From positions 18,174 through 82,173 of the forward strand of contig BQML01000029.1 in assembly GCA_022180565.1 (NCBI GenBank): 64,000 nt of DNA. The letters are read 5' to 3'. A model generated the notes under the pieces. It saw nothing but the letters and a program-made list of their open reading frames with translations. It had not been told where the DNA came from and did no database searches. The translations under genes and the position numbers were made by a program. This document shows positions 10,164 through 21,028 of the stretch, piece after piece. This DNA comes from Bacteroidia bacterium (GTDB lineage Bacteria > Bacteroidota > Ignavibacteria > UBA10030). Each line of letters opens with the position of its first letter. The stretch's first letter is position 1.

Positions 10164-10976
10164 ATGAATGATCCCATGAAAACCTTTCTGCAACGCTTTG
10201 GACTTTTCGCGGCCGTTGTTCTTATTCTCGGCCTCGCGGGAGGTCCTGTCGTTCCCTCGTCGCTCAACGAGCACGGGGTTATGTCTGTTCTCTGGTACCA
10301 GACTTCCGCGGAAATGCGGGCGATCAGCTACCAGACTTTTCAGTTCGCGAGATTCTTGATCGATGAATACGATGCAAAGAATGCAAAGAGCGCGCGAGGC
10401 CGCGCAGTGGTAGTGGATGTGGATGAAACGGTGCTGAATAACAGCCCTCATTCTGCAAAAATGATCCTTGAGGAGAAAACCTTTCCGTATGCATGGACAG
10501 ACTGGGTCAATCGCGCTGAGGCGGAGGCGCTTCCCGGTTCCGTGGAGTTTCTGAACTATGCTGTTTCGAAGGGATACGATGTTTTCTATGTCACAAACCG
10601 GCAGGCGCCGGAAGAATATGCGGGAACAGCGCGAAACCTGAAGCTCAGGGGATTCCCCCAAGCCGACAGTGCGCACATTCTCCTGAAAACGGTTGAATCC
10701 AGCAAGAAGGCAAGACGGGATTCGATTCGGAAGACTCATGATATCGTTCTGCTTATTGGTGACAATCTGAACGATCACGCCTCGGTGTTTGAGAAGAAAT
10801 CGATCAATGAGCGGATGGAGGAAGTGGACCGCTTGCGGGCAGAATTTGGGACGAGGTATCTCGTACTGCCAAATCCGATGTACGGCGAATGGGAAGGAGC
10901 GGTGTATGGCTATCGGTGGGGAGCAAGCGCGGAAGAAAAGGACCATATGAGAAAACACGCACTCAAGAGTTTCTGA
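10164..10976 (+). CDS. Class B acid phosphatase / 5'-nucleotidase, lipoprotein e(P4) family (HAD IIIB)
   Basis: Signal peptide; DVDETVLNNSP (DDDD-type motif I); YVTNR; GDNLNDH. Confidence 0.7.
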   Translation: MNDPMKTFLQRFGLFAAVVLILGLAGGPVVPSSLNEHGVMSVLWYQTSAEMRAISYQTFQFARFLIDEYDAKNAKSARGRAVVVDVDETVLNNSPHSAKMILEEKTFPYAWTDWVNRAEAEALPGSVEFLNYAVSKGYDVFYVTNRQAPEEYAGTARNLKLRGFPQADSAHILLKTVESSKKARRDSIRKTHDIVLLIGDNLNDHASVFEKKSINERMEEVDRLRAEFGTRYLVLPNPMYGEWEGAVYGYRWGASAEEKDHMRKHALKSF

Positions 10977-10977
10977 A

Positions 10978-11931
10978 ATGACCCGGCGCACCCGGCTTGT
11001 TTGTCCGCCCCGATTAAGGGCCAACGAAGTCATCGGGCTTATTTCCCCTGCGAGCACACCTTCATCGGCTGAAAAAGTGGAGAAGGCTGTTTCGTACCTT
11101 GAGCGGTGCGGGTACAGGGTCAGACTTGGAAAGCACGTGCTGGATGAGCGGGGCTATCTTGCCGGTTCCGATGAAGATCGGGCAAGTGACCTGAATGAGA
11201 TGCTGCGGGATCGATCCGTGCGCGCAATCATTGCTTTGCGCGGAGGCTATGGTACGCCGCGGATTCTCGATCGCGTCGATTACCGTGCGCTCAAAAAGGA
11301 TCCAAAGATTCTTGTCGGCTACAGCGATCTGACTGCCCTGCAGCTGGCGATCCTGCGACAGTCAAACCTCATCACGTTTTCCGGACCCATGGCGGCGGTT
11401 GAGATGTGGAATGGGATGGATCCGTTCACCGAAGAGCATTTTTGGAAGATGATTACTGAGCCAAAGCCGGCCGGGTTGTTGTCGAATCCGGCGGACGATC
11501 CCGTACGGACGTTTGGAACGGGAACCGTGCGCGGACGGCTGATGGGCGGAAACCTTTCCCTGGTAGTTTCGCTTCTGGGAACTCGGTTCTGCCCTCGCTT
11601 CGATGGAGCGATCCTCGTGGTGGAGGATGTCGATGAAGCGCCGCACCGCGTGGATCGCATGTTTGTCCAGCTGAAACATGCCGGCGTCCTGAACATCGTG
11701 CGCGCTTTGGTTTTAGGCCGATTCACTGATTGCGTGCCGTCCGACCCATCCAAACCGCATCTTACTATCGACGAGGTGCTTTCTGATGTCGTGGATTCGG
11801 TTGAGGTGCCGGTGCTTGCCAATCTCCAGTACGGTCACATTCCTAAAAAACTCACTATTCCCCTGGGTGCGCCTGCAGTGCTGGACGTATCGGAAGGAAC
11901 GCTTGAGGTGGTTGAAGCGGCTGTGTCGTAG
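10978..11931 (+). CDS. ldcA: LD-carboxypeptidase (peptidase S66, muramoyl-tetrapeptide carboxypeptidase)
   Basis: GLISPAS..., GYSDLTAL (Ser nucleophile region), and a C-terminal GHIPKKLTIPLG region typical of S66. Confidence 0.7.
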   Translation: MTRRTRLVCPPRLRANEVIGLISPASTPSSAEKVEKAVSYLERCGYRVRLGKHVLDERGYLAGSDEDRASDLNEMLRDRSVRAIIALRGGYGTPRILDRVDYRALKKDPKILVGYSDLTALQLAILRQSNLITFSGPMAAVEMWNGMDPFTEEHFWKMITEPKPAGLLSNPADDPVRTFGTGTVRGRLMGGNLSLVVSLLGTRFCPRFDGAILVVEDVDEAPHRVDRMFVQLKHAGVLNIVRALVLGRFTDCVPSDPSKPHLTIDEVLSDVVDSVEVPVLANLQYGHIPKKLTIPLGAPAVLDVSEGTLEVVEAAVS

Positions 11932-12018
11932 TGCTTCAAATCCCGCTAAATCATTGACAATCCTGCAAGTTATCGTTACATTCCTTTCGCCCGGATCACG
12001 ATTTCTCTCACCCCTTAC

Positions 12019-12636
12019 ATGAATGTAGCCGTTTTTGCCTCGGGGCGCGGATCAAACCTGAACGCGATCGTCGAGGCAATCCGCAAGGGTGTCTTGCCGG
12101 CCCGTCTTTCCATTGTCGTGAGCAATAATGCCTCGGCGGGCGCTCTGGAACTTGCCCGCTCACACAACATTCCGGCGCTCTGTATCCGGCAGAAAGATTT
12201 TTCATCCGAGGAAGACTTTACAGAAGAATTGCTCTCGTGTCTTGCACGACATGAAGCGGATTTCATAGCCCTTGCCGGTTACATGAAGAAGATCCCACCG
12301 CAGGTCATCGGTCGGTTTCACAACAGAATTACCAACATTCATCCGGCACTTCTCCCGGCGTTTGGGGGACCCGGGATGTACGGCATGCATGTGCATGAAG
12401 CTGTTCTGCATGCGGGAGTAAAAATCACTGGCGTAACGATACATCTTGTCGACGAAGAGTACGATCATGGACCGATTGTTCTCCAGAGGCCTGTGGAAGT
12501 GACGCCGCATGACGACGCGGTCTCGCTTGCCGCAAGGGTCCAGGCAGTGGAACACGAGGTCTATCCGTTGGTGCTCAAAGCGTTCGCCGAGGGACGCGTG
12601 ACGGTGGAAGGCGCGAGGGCCTGGATCAAGCCATGA
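12019..12636 (+). CDS. purN: Phosphoribosylglycinamide formyltransferase
   Basis: VFASGRGSNL...ALAGYMKKI...NIHPALLP...HEAV...GVTIHLVDEEYDHGPI, the PurN signature. Confidence 0.9.
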   Translation: MNVAVFASGRGSNLNAIVEAIRKGVLPARLSIVVSNNASAGALELARSHNIPALCIRQKDFSSEEDFTEELLSCLARHEADFIALAGYMKKIPPQVIGRFHNRITNIHPALLPAFGGPGMYGMHVHEAVLHAGVKITGVTIHLVDEEYDHGPIVLQRPVEVTPHDDAVSLAARVQAVEHEVYPLVLKAFAEGRVTVEGARAWIKP

Positions 12637-14213
12637 CGGCATCGGCGGAGAAGCAAGCGCCCCCCGTGTCTGAGAGAGCCCTTCGTATTCGGCGGGCACT
12701 GATCAGTGTGTCCGACAAACGCGGCATTGTGGACCTTGCCCGCGGGCTTACTTCCCTGGGCGTGGAGATCATCTCGACCGGCGGGACGGCGAAGAGCCTG
12801 AAAGACGCGGGAATACACGTTGTTTCGGTTTCGGAAGTCACGGGATTTCCGGAAATCCTCGATGGGCGCGTCAAAACTCTTCATCCAAACATCCATGCCG
12901 GTCTCCTTGCCGTGACGGAGAACGAGCGCCATCGCGAAGAACTGGACCGGCACGGAATCCGCCCGATTGATCTGGTTGTCGTCAATCTCTATCCGTTCGA
13001 ATCAACCGTGGCACAGCCCGGGGTCGGGATCGGGGAAGCCATTGAGAACATTGACATTGGAGGGCCCGCAATGGTGCGGGCTTCGGCGAAGAATTTCCTC
13101 TATACGGCGGTCGTGGTCAATCCGGACCGTTACGCGGCGCTGATGGAGGAATTAAGGAACTCCGGCGGCCTGATCAGCGAGCGGACGCGGTTTGAGCTTG
13201 CGCGCGAAGCGTTCGACCACACAGCACAGTATGACACAGCGATTGCGCGGTATCTGCACTCGCTTGACGGTTCGGAGGAACTTCCGGAGGTTCTGATGCT
13301 GGCAGAACGCCTGCACCTTCCCCTGCGATATGGCGAGAACCCGCATCAGGTTGGCGGATTCTATTCGTCGACAGAACCGGCGTTCGAAAAGATTCACGGC
13401 AAGGAACTTTCGTACAACAACATTCTTGATCTCAGCGCCGGGTGGGGATTGGTGAAAGAATTTGAAGAACCCGCGGTGGTGATCGTGAAACATAACAATC
13501 CCTGCGGAGTCGGCACAGGGAAGGATGTTGCGGAAGCGTTTGCGAAGGCGCTTGCGACCGATCCTAAGTCGGCGTTCGGGGGAATCGTCGCAGTCAACCG
13601 GCGTGTCGATCGCATCGCGGCCGAGGCGATGAACGAGCTGTTCCTTGAAGTGATCGCATCGAATGAGTTTTCTGAAGATGCACGCTCGGTGCTGCAGAAG
13701 AAGAAAGACCGCAGGCTGGTCACAATGAAAGAAAGCTCCGGTCTTCCCGCCTGGGAAGTGAGGAGTGCCGTGAACGGATTTCTTTTGCAGTCAAGCGACA
13801 GGCTTGTACTGTCGAAGGAATCGGTGAAGGTGGTCACGGCGCGAAAGCCTACAAATGACGAACTTGATGCATTGATGTTTGCGTGGCGGGTGGCGATGCA
13901 CGTTCGGTCCAACGCCATCGTCTATGCCCGTTCCGACAGAACCCTGGGGATTGGCGCCGGACAGATGTCCCGGCTGGATTCAGCCCGAATTGCCGCCCTG
14001 AAAGCCGAGGAGGCAGGGCTGGATCTCAAGGGGTGCGCAGTGGCCTCCGACGCTTTTTTCCCCTTTGCAGACGGTCTTTTAGAGGCCGTGCGGGCGGGGG
14101 CATCGACGGTTATTCAGCCCGGCGGGTCGGTCCGGGATGCCGAAGTCATTCGTGCAGCCGATGAGCACGGGATCGCCATGGTTTTTACCGGAATCCGACA
14201 TTTCCGTCACTGA
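12633..14213 (+). CDS. purH: Bifunctional AICAR formyltransferase / IMP cyclohydrolase
   Basis: 526 aa; [28 protein letters not shown]...[13 protein letters not shown]...; overlaps the purN stop. Confidence 0.95.
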   Translation: MTASAEKQAPPVSERALRIRRALISVSDKRGIVDLARGLTSLGVEIISTGGTAKSLKDAGIHVVSVSEVTGFPEILDGRVKTLHPNIHAGLLAVTENERHREELDRHGIRPIDLVVVNLYPFESTVAQPGVGIGEAIENIDIGGPAMVRASAKNFLYTAVVVNPDRYAALMEELRNSGGLISERTRFELAREAFDHTAQYDTAIARYLHSLDGSEELPEVLMLAERLHLPLRYGENPHQVGGFYSSTEPAFEKIHGKELSYNNILDLSAGWGLVKEFEEPAVVIVKHNNPCGVGTGKDVAEAFAKALATDPKSAFGGIVAVNRRVDRIAAEAMNELFLEVIASNEFSEDARSVLQKKKDRRLVTMKESSGLPAWEVRSAVNGFLLQSSDRLVLSKESVKVVTARKPTNDELDALMFAWRVAMHVRSNAIVYARSDRTLGIGAGQMSRLDSARIAALKAEEAGLDLKGCAVASDAFFPFADGLLEAVRAGASTVIQPGGSVRDAEVIRAADEHGIAMVFTGIRHFRH

Positions 14214-14252
14214 GCACTATATTCTTCCCTCTAAACTGATTACATTCCTCCT

Positions 14253-15278
14253 ATGGGCCTTTTCTCTCTTTTTTCCGCCGACATAGCGATCGATCTCGGG
14301 ACAGCGAACACCGTGATCTGGATGAAGAGTAAAGGGATCGTTCTGAACGAACCTTCGATCGTCGCCTTTGATCGCAACACGAAAAAGATTATCGCGATCG
14401 GCAACGAAGCGCGTGAAATGCTGGGACGGACTCACCGTGATATCCGGACGATCAGACCGATGAAGGACGGGGTGATCGCGGACTTCGAGATCGCGGAGGG
14501 AATGCTCAGGGAGTTCATCAAGAAGATCAACTCGGCCTGGGTACCGGCAAAGCGCATTGTCGTTTCTGTACCCTCCGGAATTACGGAGGTTGAGAAGCGC
14601 GCGGTGCGCGACTCGGCGGAACATGCCGGTGCGAAGGAAGTCCATTTACTGGCGGAGCCCATGGCAGCCGCAATTGGCGTCGGCCTGGACGTGGATGCTC
14701 CGGTCGGCAACATGGTTGTGGATATCGGCGGCGGCACAACAGAAATCGCCGTGATCGCTCTTTCGGGCATTGTGAACGAAGAATCCATCCGCGTGGCCGG
14801 CGACGAAATGAACAATGCGATCATCCAGTTCTTCAAGCGCAATCACAATATCTTGATCGGGGAGAGGACTGCGGAAGCGATCAAGTGCGAAGTGGGATCG
14901 GCGATGCCTCTGAAAGAAGAGATCACGATCCAGGTGAAAGGGCGCGATCTCGTCAACGGTGTGCCGAAGACAACCGAAGTGAGTTCCGTGGAGATTCGCG
15001 AAGCGCTGAATGAACCGATCGCGCAAATTGTGGAAGCGGTGAAGATGACGCTGGAACGAACACCGCCGGAACTTTCGGCAGACATTCTCGATCGCGGAAT
15101 CATGCTGAGCGGGGGAGGCGCTCTGCTGAAAAGTCTGGATGAACGGCTGCGGCTCGAAACGAACCTTCCGGTCCACGTGTCGGAAGATCCCCTTACCGCA
15201 GTTGTGCGCGGAACGGGAAAAGTGCTGGAAAATCTTGATCAGTATTCCAAAGTACTGATCAAGAGCAAGCGATATTGA
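14253..15278 (+). CDS. mreB: Rod shape-determining protein MreB
   Basis: IAIDLGTANTVIW...MVVDIGGGTTEIAVI, the actin-fold MreB signature. Confidence 0.95.
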   Translation: MGLFSLFSADIAIDLGTANTVIWMKSKGIVLNEPSIVAFDRNTKKIIAIGNEAREMLGRTHRDIRTIRPMKDGVIADFEIAEGMLREFIKKINSAWVPAKRIVVSVPSGITEVEKRAVRDSAEHAGAKEVHLLAEPMAAAIGVGLDVDAPVGNMVVDIGGGTTEIAVIALSGIVNEESIRVAGDEMNNAIIQFFKRNHNILIGERTAEAIKCEVGSAMPLKEEITIQVKGRDLVNGVPKTTEVSSVEIREALNEPIAQIVEAVKMTLERTPPELSADILDRGIMLSGGGALLKSLDERLRLETNLPVHVSEDPLTAVVRGTGKVLENLDQYSKVLIKSKRY

Positions 15279-15333
15279 GGAGACCGGTAGAGGTCCGGGA
15301 TCCCTTCGGCTTTCTCCCCGCCAGAATTGTCCT

Positions 15334-16173
15334 ATGCTTGAACGCCTCTATACCCTGTTTCTGAATTTCCGCGAGTACGTGCTTCTTTCGCTTCTTGTGG
15401 TCCTCTCATTCCTTCTCCTGTCCCTCAACGACAGGCCCCAGATCAAAAGGCTCAGGAGCATCCTGACGGTTGCGCTCGGCGTTGTTCAGGAACAGGTATC
15501 GTTCGTTCCGCGGTACATAGGTTTGTCCAGCGAGAACGAAATTCTGCGCAGAACGAACATTGAGCTCGCCGATGAGGCAAGTCAACTGCGTGAAGCGAAA
15601 CTGGAGAACCTGCGGTTGCGGCGTCTCCTTGGTCTCAAAGGACGGCCGGAACATCGGTTTGTCGCCGCGAGCGTTGTCAGCAAGAACCTGACGCTCCTGC
15701 GGAATTCCCTGACGCTGGATGTCGGAGAAGCGGACGGCGTGCACGCTTCGATGCCTGTGGTGACTGATGCAGGCCTCGTGGGGCTGGTCGTCGCTTCCAG
15801 CCGCCACTATGCAGTGGCCAACATCCTGTTGAATGTGGATTTCCGTGCGTCGGCCAAAATTCAGAGAAGCCGCGTGGATGGTATTCTCGCGTGGGACGGC
15901 ACGAACCTCGTCCTGAAGAACATCGCAAAGACGCTTGATGTGCGTCCGGGAGACGTGGTGATCACGTCGGAATACAGCAGTACGTTTCCCGCCGGAATCA
16001 GGATCGGCATCGTCGACCATGTGAGCGAGCGGGAGGGCAGCCTCTTCAAGCATGTCGTAATCACCCCCGGAGTCGATTTCGTGAAACTCGAGGAAGCGTT
16101 CGTGATGATCACGCAGTCGGACTCTGAGAGGGTAGAGCTTGAACGGAACGTCCAGGGATTGTTGACGCCGTAG
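15334..16173 (+). CDS. mreC: Rod shape-determining protein MreC
   Basis: N-terminal TM helix, coiled coil, C-terminal beta domain; follows mreB. Confidence 0.8.
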   Translation: MLERLYTLFLNFREYVLLSLLVVLSFLLLSLNDRPQIKRLRSILTVALGVVQEQVSFVPRYIGLSSENEILRRTNIELADEASQLREAKLENLRLRRLLGLKGRPEHRFVAASVVSKNLTLLRNSLTLDVGEADGVHASMPVVTDAGLVGLVVASSRHYAVANILLNVDFRASAKIQRSRVDGILAWDGTNLVLKNIAKTLDVRPGDVVITSEYSSTFPAGIRIGIVDHVSEREGSLFKHVVITPGVDFVKLEEAFVMITQSDSERVELERNVQGLLTP

Positions 16174-16175
16174 CC

Positions 16176-16661
16176 ATGGACCATCGTCTCCGCGGCGCCC
16201 TGACGGTCTTTGTTCTTCTCGTGGCCCAGACGACGTTTCTGCCGTTTTTTTCCGTTGGCGGCTTCTTGCCCGATCTTGTGCTGATTTGGCTCGTATCCAC
16301 CGCAATACGCAAAGGTCAGGTGGAAGCTACGGTGGCGGGCTTTGTCGTGGGGCTGGCGGAGGATCTGCTTGCCACGCAGTTGTTGGGGCTGGCGGCGCTG
16401 TCGAAAACCATAACGGGTTTTTTTGCCGGATATTTCCATAACGAGAACAAGACCGACCAGACGCTGGGCTCGTATCGGTTTGTCTTGATTGTCGGGCTTG
16501 GCTCGCTCGTGCACAATGTCATCTTCTATACCATCTTTCTTCAGGCAACCGATGGGCCGCTGTTGTGGACTGTTCTGTACTACAGCACGGCAACAACCCT
16601 GTACACGGGAATCATAAGTGTGCTTCCCATGTTCGCATTCTCGAGACGCGTAACGGCATGA
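16176..16661 (+). CDS. mreD: Rod shape-determining protein MreD
   Basis: 161-aa polytopic membrane protein between mreC and mrdA; its stop overlaps the mrdA start (ATGA). Confidence 0.7.
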   Translation: MDHRLRGALTVFVLLVAQTTFLPFFSVGGFLPDLVLIWLVSTAIRKGQVEATVAGFVVGLAEDLLATQLLGLAALSKTITGFFAGYFHNENKTDQTLGSYRFVLIVGLGSLVHNVIFYTIFLQATDGPLLWTVLYYSTATTLYTGIISVLPMFAFSRRVTA

Positions 16662-18508
16662 CCGCAGTCATTCATCACGATGAAATCGGTTCCCCCGCCC
16701 GCCGGCGGGTTTTGCGGTACCTGGCCGTCGGTATTATTGGCGTTCTCTTCCTCAGACTCTATCAGCTTCAGATGCTGTACAACATCGAGCTGGGACGGAA
16801 ATCGACGGAAAACACCTTGAGGGCGATTGTGCGCGAACCGATTCGAGGCTACATGTTTGACCGCCACGGCGCGCTGCTGGTCGATGTGGGACCGTCCTAT
16901 TCCGTCACGGTCACCCCCGCCGAGTTCAGAGAGCCGGGCTTGACGCTTCTCTCCCGCATTCTCGGAATGGACCCTGCAGAAATCCGTGAGCGCATCGACA
17001 AGGGTCGAGCCTCTTCCCGCTTTTCACCCACGCGTGTTCGTCGCGATATCGATTTCAAAACCCTCTCGGCACTGGAGGAGCACCTCTATCTCCTGCCCGG
17101 CGTCGATTATCAGATCGATTCCAAACGCTATTATCCAACCAAGGCAAACGCCCCACACCTGCTGGGATACTGCAAGGAGATCAGCGATGCGCAACTTGCG
17201 CGCCTCGGCGACTATTACAAGCTTGGCGACCTGATCGGGTCAGCCGGTCTCGAAGCAAGTTACGAAACGATGCTTCGGGGTCAGAAGGGATATGAATTCC
17301 TGGCGGTGGATGCGAAAGGACGGGTGATCGGATCGTTTGAGAACGGCCAGAACGATATTTCTCCGAGGGAAGGATTCGATCTCGTCCTAAGCCTCGATGC
17401 GGGGCTCCAGGCCTTTGCGGAGTCGCTTATGACGAACTATCGCGGAGCCGCCGTGGCCCTCGATCCGTCGAACGGAGGCATCCTCTCTCTCGTCAGCAAG
17501 CCGGATTTTGATCCGTCGGTGTTCAGTGGCGTTACGCCGGTGGCGGAATGGGTGAGGCTAACGACGGATACCTTGAAACCTCTGTTCAACCGTGCAACCA
17601 TGACCCGCTATCCTCCGGGCTCGACGTTCAAAATGGTTCTGGCTGCAGCGGCGCTGGAAGAGGGAATCATTGACGAAGGGTACCGCATTACATGTCCCGG
17701 CGCGTACCGATTCGGAAACCGAATCTTCAGGGATCTCGGTGTCCATGGATCGGTCAACGTTGTTCAAGCGCTCCAGAAGAGCTGCAACGTGTTTTTCTAT
17801 CAGCTCATCCATAAGGTAGGATTGGAAACCTGGGCGGCCTATGCGCGGAAATTCGGTTTTGGTCAGAGTACGGGAGTTGATCTTGGAGAGGAGACGCAGG
17901 GATTGGTGCCTTCCACGGAATACTATGACAGAGTGTACGGCAAAGGCCGGTGGACACAAGGATACTTGGTCAGCCTTGCCGTGGGGCAGGGCGAGCTGGG
18001 TGTTTCCCCTCTGCAAATGGCCGCCTATGCGGCGGCGTTGGCGAATGGCGGAATTCTCCACCAACCTCATGCGGTCGAGGCGGTCCGGAACAAGCTCACA
18101 AACCGCATCGAGCAGTTTCAGCAGAGGAGCAAAGAACTGATGCTTTCTGAAAAAACCATGAGGCTTATCCGGGAGGGGATGAGGAGAGTGGTGAACGAGG
18201 AGCGAGGAACGGGGAGGGCCGCGGCGATTCCGGGCATTATGGTGGCAGGGAAGACGGGGACCGCTGAGAACCCTCATGGCAATGACCATGCCTGGTTTGT
18301 CGGGTTTGCCCCGTTTGACCAACCCGTCATTGCTGTGGCTGTGATGTTGGAAAACGCCGGCGGCGGCGGGGCGCATGCAGCCCCAATTGCCGGTCTCATA
18401 ATGGAACGCTACATCCATGGAGAAATCAAGCGCTACAAACCACGCCCGGTCGCGCCGAAAGCGACAAAACAGGATTCGACAGCCGTCATGACGGAAGCTC
18501 TGCGCTGA
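16658..18508 (+). CDS. mrdA: Penicillin-binding protein 2 (elongasome transpeptidase)
   Basis: TM helix, PBP dimerisation domain, transpeptidase motifs (STFK, SCN, KTGT). Start placed at the ATG at 16658 that overlaps the mreD stop, rather than at the tracked upstream in-frame ATG. Confidence 0.9.
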   Translation: MTAVIHHDEIGSPARRRVLRYLAVGIIGVLFLRLYQLQMLYNIELGRKSTENTLRAIVREPIRGYMFDRHGALLVDVGPSYSVTVTPAEFREPGLTLLSRILGMDPAEIRERIDKGRASSRFSPTRVRRDIDFKTLSALEEHLYLLPGVDYQIDSKRYYPTKANAPHLLGYCKEISDAQLARLGDYYKLGDLIGSAGLEASYETMLRGQKGYEFLAVDAKGRVIGSFENGQNDISPREGFDLVLSLDAGLQAFAESLMTNYRGAAVALDPSNGGILSLVSKPDFDPSVFSGVTPVAEWVRLTTDTLKPLFNRATMTRYPPGSTFKMVLAAAALEEGIIDEGYRITCPGAYRFGNRIFRDLGVHGSVNVVQALQKSCNVFFYQLIHKVGLETWAAYARKFGFGQSTGVDLGEETQGLVPSTEYYDRVYGKGRWTQGYLVSLAVGQGELGVSPLQMAAYAAALANGGILHQPHAVEAVRNKLTNRIEQFQQRSKELMLSEKTMRLIREGMRRVVNEERGTGRAAAIPGIMVAGKTGTAENPHGNDHAWFVGFAPFDQPVIAVAVMLENAGGGGAHAAPIAGLIMERYIHGEIKRYKPRPVAPKATKQDSTAVMTEALR

Positions 18509-19725
18509 TGTACGAATACTTCAAAGAATACTTCGATTTCAAGACTTTCTTTTTGACGCTCGGGCTCGTCGGCATTGGCCTGATCTCCGTCTACAGCGCC
18601 ACGTACGACGCAGGGGCCGGTGCGATCTTTCAGCGCCAGCTCATGTGGGCCGGCATCGGCTTGGTCGGCATGATCATTGCGATGGTCATTCCATTAAAGA
18701 CGATTCATCGGCTCACGATCCCTGCGTATGCAGTCGGTCTGTTGATTCTTCTCATCCTCCTGGGAGTGGGAAAAACAGTGTCCGGCTCCCGAAGCTGGAT
18801 CGGCGTCGCGGGACTGGGGGGCCAGCCGTCGGAATTTGCCAAGCTTGCGACGATTTTGGCCCTTGCCTTCTTTCTGGCAAAATCCACGACAATCATCTCC
18901 GATGCGCGTCACCTCTTTGTTGCCATTGCCCTCGTTGGTCTTCCCATGGCGTTCGTTCTGGCGCAACCCGACATCGGAACATCGCTGGTGTTCTTCGCTC
19001 TTCTGCTTCCGGTTCTTTACTGGGCCGGCGCAGATAATTTCGCGTTGGCAGCAATCCTGTCACCTGTCATTGTGGCGGCCGGGGCGCTCTTCGGAACTTC
19101 GTTCTTTGTTGCCAGCGTAATCGTGAGTGCGGTTCTGTTGTACTTCAGCAGACGCAATCGCTTTCTGGCGGCGACCGCTTTCGCCGTGACGCTGGCCGTG
19201 GGTCTTTCCGTTCAGTTTGTGTACGAGCGCATGCCCGCGTATCAGCAAAAACGCATTATGACGTTCCTCAATCCGGAAGCCGACCCGCTCGGTTCCGGCT
19301 ACAATGTGCTCCAGGCAAAAGTTGCGATCGGGTCCGGCGGCATCTTCGGCAAAGGGTATCTTCAGGGCACCCAGACCCAGCTGAACTTCATTCCGGAACA
19401 ATGGACCGATTTTATCTTCTGTGTACCCGGAGAGGAGTTCGGGTTCCTTGGCGCCTCGCTTGTGCTTCTCTTGTTCGGAGCCCTCCTGCTGCGCGGCATC
19501 ACGATTGCCTCGGTGTGCAAGAACAAGTTTGCCGGCATCACGGCCATCGGCATCACGGCCGTGTTTGCAACGCACGTCATGGTCAATGTCGGCATGTCCA
19601 TGGGGCTCATGCCGGTCGTGGGAATTCCGCTTCCGTTTCTGAGTTACGGAGGATCGGCCCTGCTCGTGAATATGGTGATGGCGGGACTCCTCATGAACTT
19701 CTGGGCAAATCGAAAAGAGTACTGA
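18508..19725 (+). CDS. rodA: Peptidoglycan glycosyltransferase RodA (SEDS family)
   Basis: 405-aa polytopic FtsW/RodA/SpoVE-family protein immediately after mrdA (TGATG overlap). Confidence 0.9.
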   Translation: MYEYFKEYFDFKTFFLTLGLVGIGLISVYSATYDAGAGAIFQRQLMWAGIGLVGMIIAMVIPLKTIHRLTIPAYAVGLLILLILLGVGKTVSGSRSWIGVAGLGGQPSEFAKLATILALAFFLAKSTTIISDARHLFVAIALVGLPMAFVLAQPDIGTSLVFFALLLPVLYWAGADNFALAAILSPVIVAAGALFGTSFFVASVIVSAVLLYFSRRNRFLAATAFAVTLAVGLSVQFVYERMPAYQQKRIMTFLNPEADPLGSGYNVLQAKVAIGSGGIFGKGYLQGTQTQLNFIPEQWTDFIFCVPGEEFGFLGASLVLLLFGALLLRGITIASVCKNKFAGITAIGITAVFATHVMVNVGMSMGLMPVVGIPLPFLSYGGSALLVNMVMAGLLMNFWANRKEY

Positions 19726-19764
19726 TACCGGTTTTTCCCGTCTGCGGAAAAGAAAACGATCCTC

Positions 19765-20973
19765 ATGAATCCGTTTTGGATGTTTACGATCTTCTTCCTC
19801 GTGGTTCTCTCCCTGTTCGGGCTGATGCAATACCGGTTGTACCGGCTGTATCAGTCATGGGCAAAGAAAGCTCTTGAGGAGGACGAACGAGGGGCGTGGG
19901 AGCGCCGCGGACGGCGGGTTCTAGTGATCTCCAACGCGGTGTTCCTTCTCCAAATCCTTTTCCGCTGGGGATCGTTGTATGACCTCCCCCCGGTCCAGTT
20001 TCTTATCGTCTATCCGGCCGGACTGTTCTTTGCCATTGTCGTTTTTTCATTCCTCATTGTTTTCCTCTCCGACGTGCTTCGCCTGCTTCTGCGGCCCTTG
20101 AAGCTCTTGGGAGGAAAAAAGGCCATCCAACACAGCAGCGGACGACGGGCATTCCTCCGCAAAAGCGGGTTGGGACTGGCGTCTGTCGTCGGATCGGTCC
20201 CGGTCGTTGCTTCGCTGGCCACTGCACGCGATTATCAGATCAATCGCTTGACGCTCACGTTTCCGGAATTCCCTCCTGCGCTAAGCGGTCTTACGATTGC
20301 CCATGTCAGCGACATCCATTCAGGGCTGTACATGACCGAAGCACATATGAAGGAAATCGTTGATATCGTGAACGGTCTGCAGCCCGACATCATGCTCATC
20401 ACAGGAGATTTTGTAGATTCCGCGGATTCGCAGATTGATCCGCTGGTGAACGCACTGAAGACCATCCGTCGCGGCTTGCCTGTCTACGGCTGTTTGGGAA
20501 ATCACGACCATTTTGCCACGGTGGAAAAAGTTGCCGCAGCCATTGAACGTACCGGCGTGATTCTCTTAAACAACAGCTCGGAGCGCCTCGTGATCGGTCA
20601 TCATGATCTCATGCTCGTGGGAATTGACGACGCCGGAAGAGGGGCGGCCAACTTCGCGCGTTTCGATGAGGCCCTGCGGCATGTGGAACCGGATGTGTTC
20701 AAGATCATGCTGACGCATCGGCCCGATGTGTGGGACGAGTGCCGCACAAAAGGGATTCATTTGACACTTGCAGGCCACACGCATGGAGGGCAAGTGGGAT
20801 TCAAACTCGGGCCGCTGAACCTGAATCCGGTCTATCTTGTGCACAAGTACGCGATGGGGATGTACGAAGAGCAAGGCAAGAAACTCTATGTCAATGTCGG
20901 CGTTGGGATGGTGGGCGTGCCGATCCGGATGGTAAAACCGGAAATCGCTATGCTGACTCTCAAGGCCGCGTGA
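19765..20973 (+). CDS. Membrane-anchored metallophosphoesterase (YkuE/YaeI-like)
   Basis: Several N-terminal TM helices, then HVSDIH...GDFVD...GNHD...GHTHGGQ phosphoesterase motifs. Confidence 0.7.
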   Translation: MNPFWMFTIFFLVVLSLFGLMQYRLYRLYQSWAKKALEEDERGAWERRGRRVLVISNAVFLLQILFRWGSLYDLPPVQFLIVYPAGLFFAIVVFSFLIVFLSDVLRLLLRPLKLLGGKKAIQHSSGRRAFLRKSGLGLASVVGSVPVVASLATARDYQINRLTLTFPEFPPALSGLTIAHVSDIHSGLYMTEAHMKEIVDIVNGLQPDIMLITGDFVDSADSQIDPLVNALKTIRRGLPVYGCLGNHDHFATVEKVAAAIERTGVILLNNSSERLVIGHHDLMLVGIDDAGRGAANFARFDEALRHVEPDVFKIMLTHRPDVWDECRTKGIHLTLAGHTHGGQVGFKLGPLNLNPVYLVHKYAMGMYEEQGKKLYVNVGVGMVGVPIRMVKPEIAMLTLKAA

Positions 20974-21028
20974 CCTCTCCTCAACTCATTCCCGCGCGCC
21001 ATCGCACCTCTGTCCCGCGGATTCTCTC

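Noticed and set aside
15406-16305. 299-aa minus-strand ORF across mreC/mreD
   Set aside because: Antisense to the conserved mreBCD operon. R/H/D-rich low-complexity translation.
16565-16657. Upstream in-frame extension of mrdA proposed by the track (start at 16565)
   Set aside because: It would overlap the last 32 codons of mreD. The ATG at 16658 sharing ATGA with the mreD stop gives the usual translational-coupling arrangement and a typical PBP2 N-terminus.
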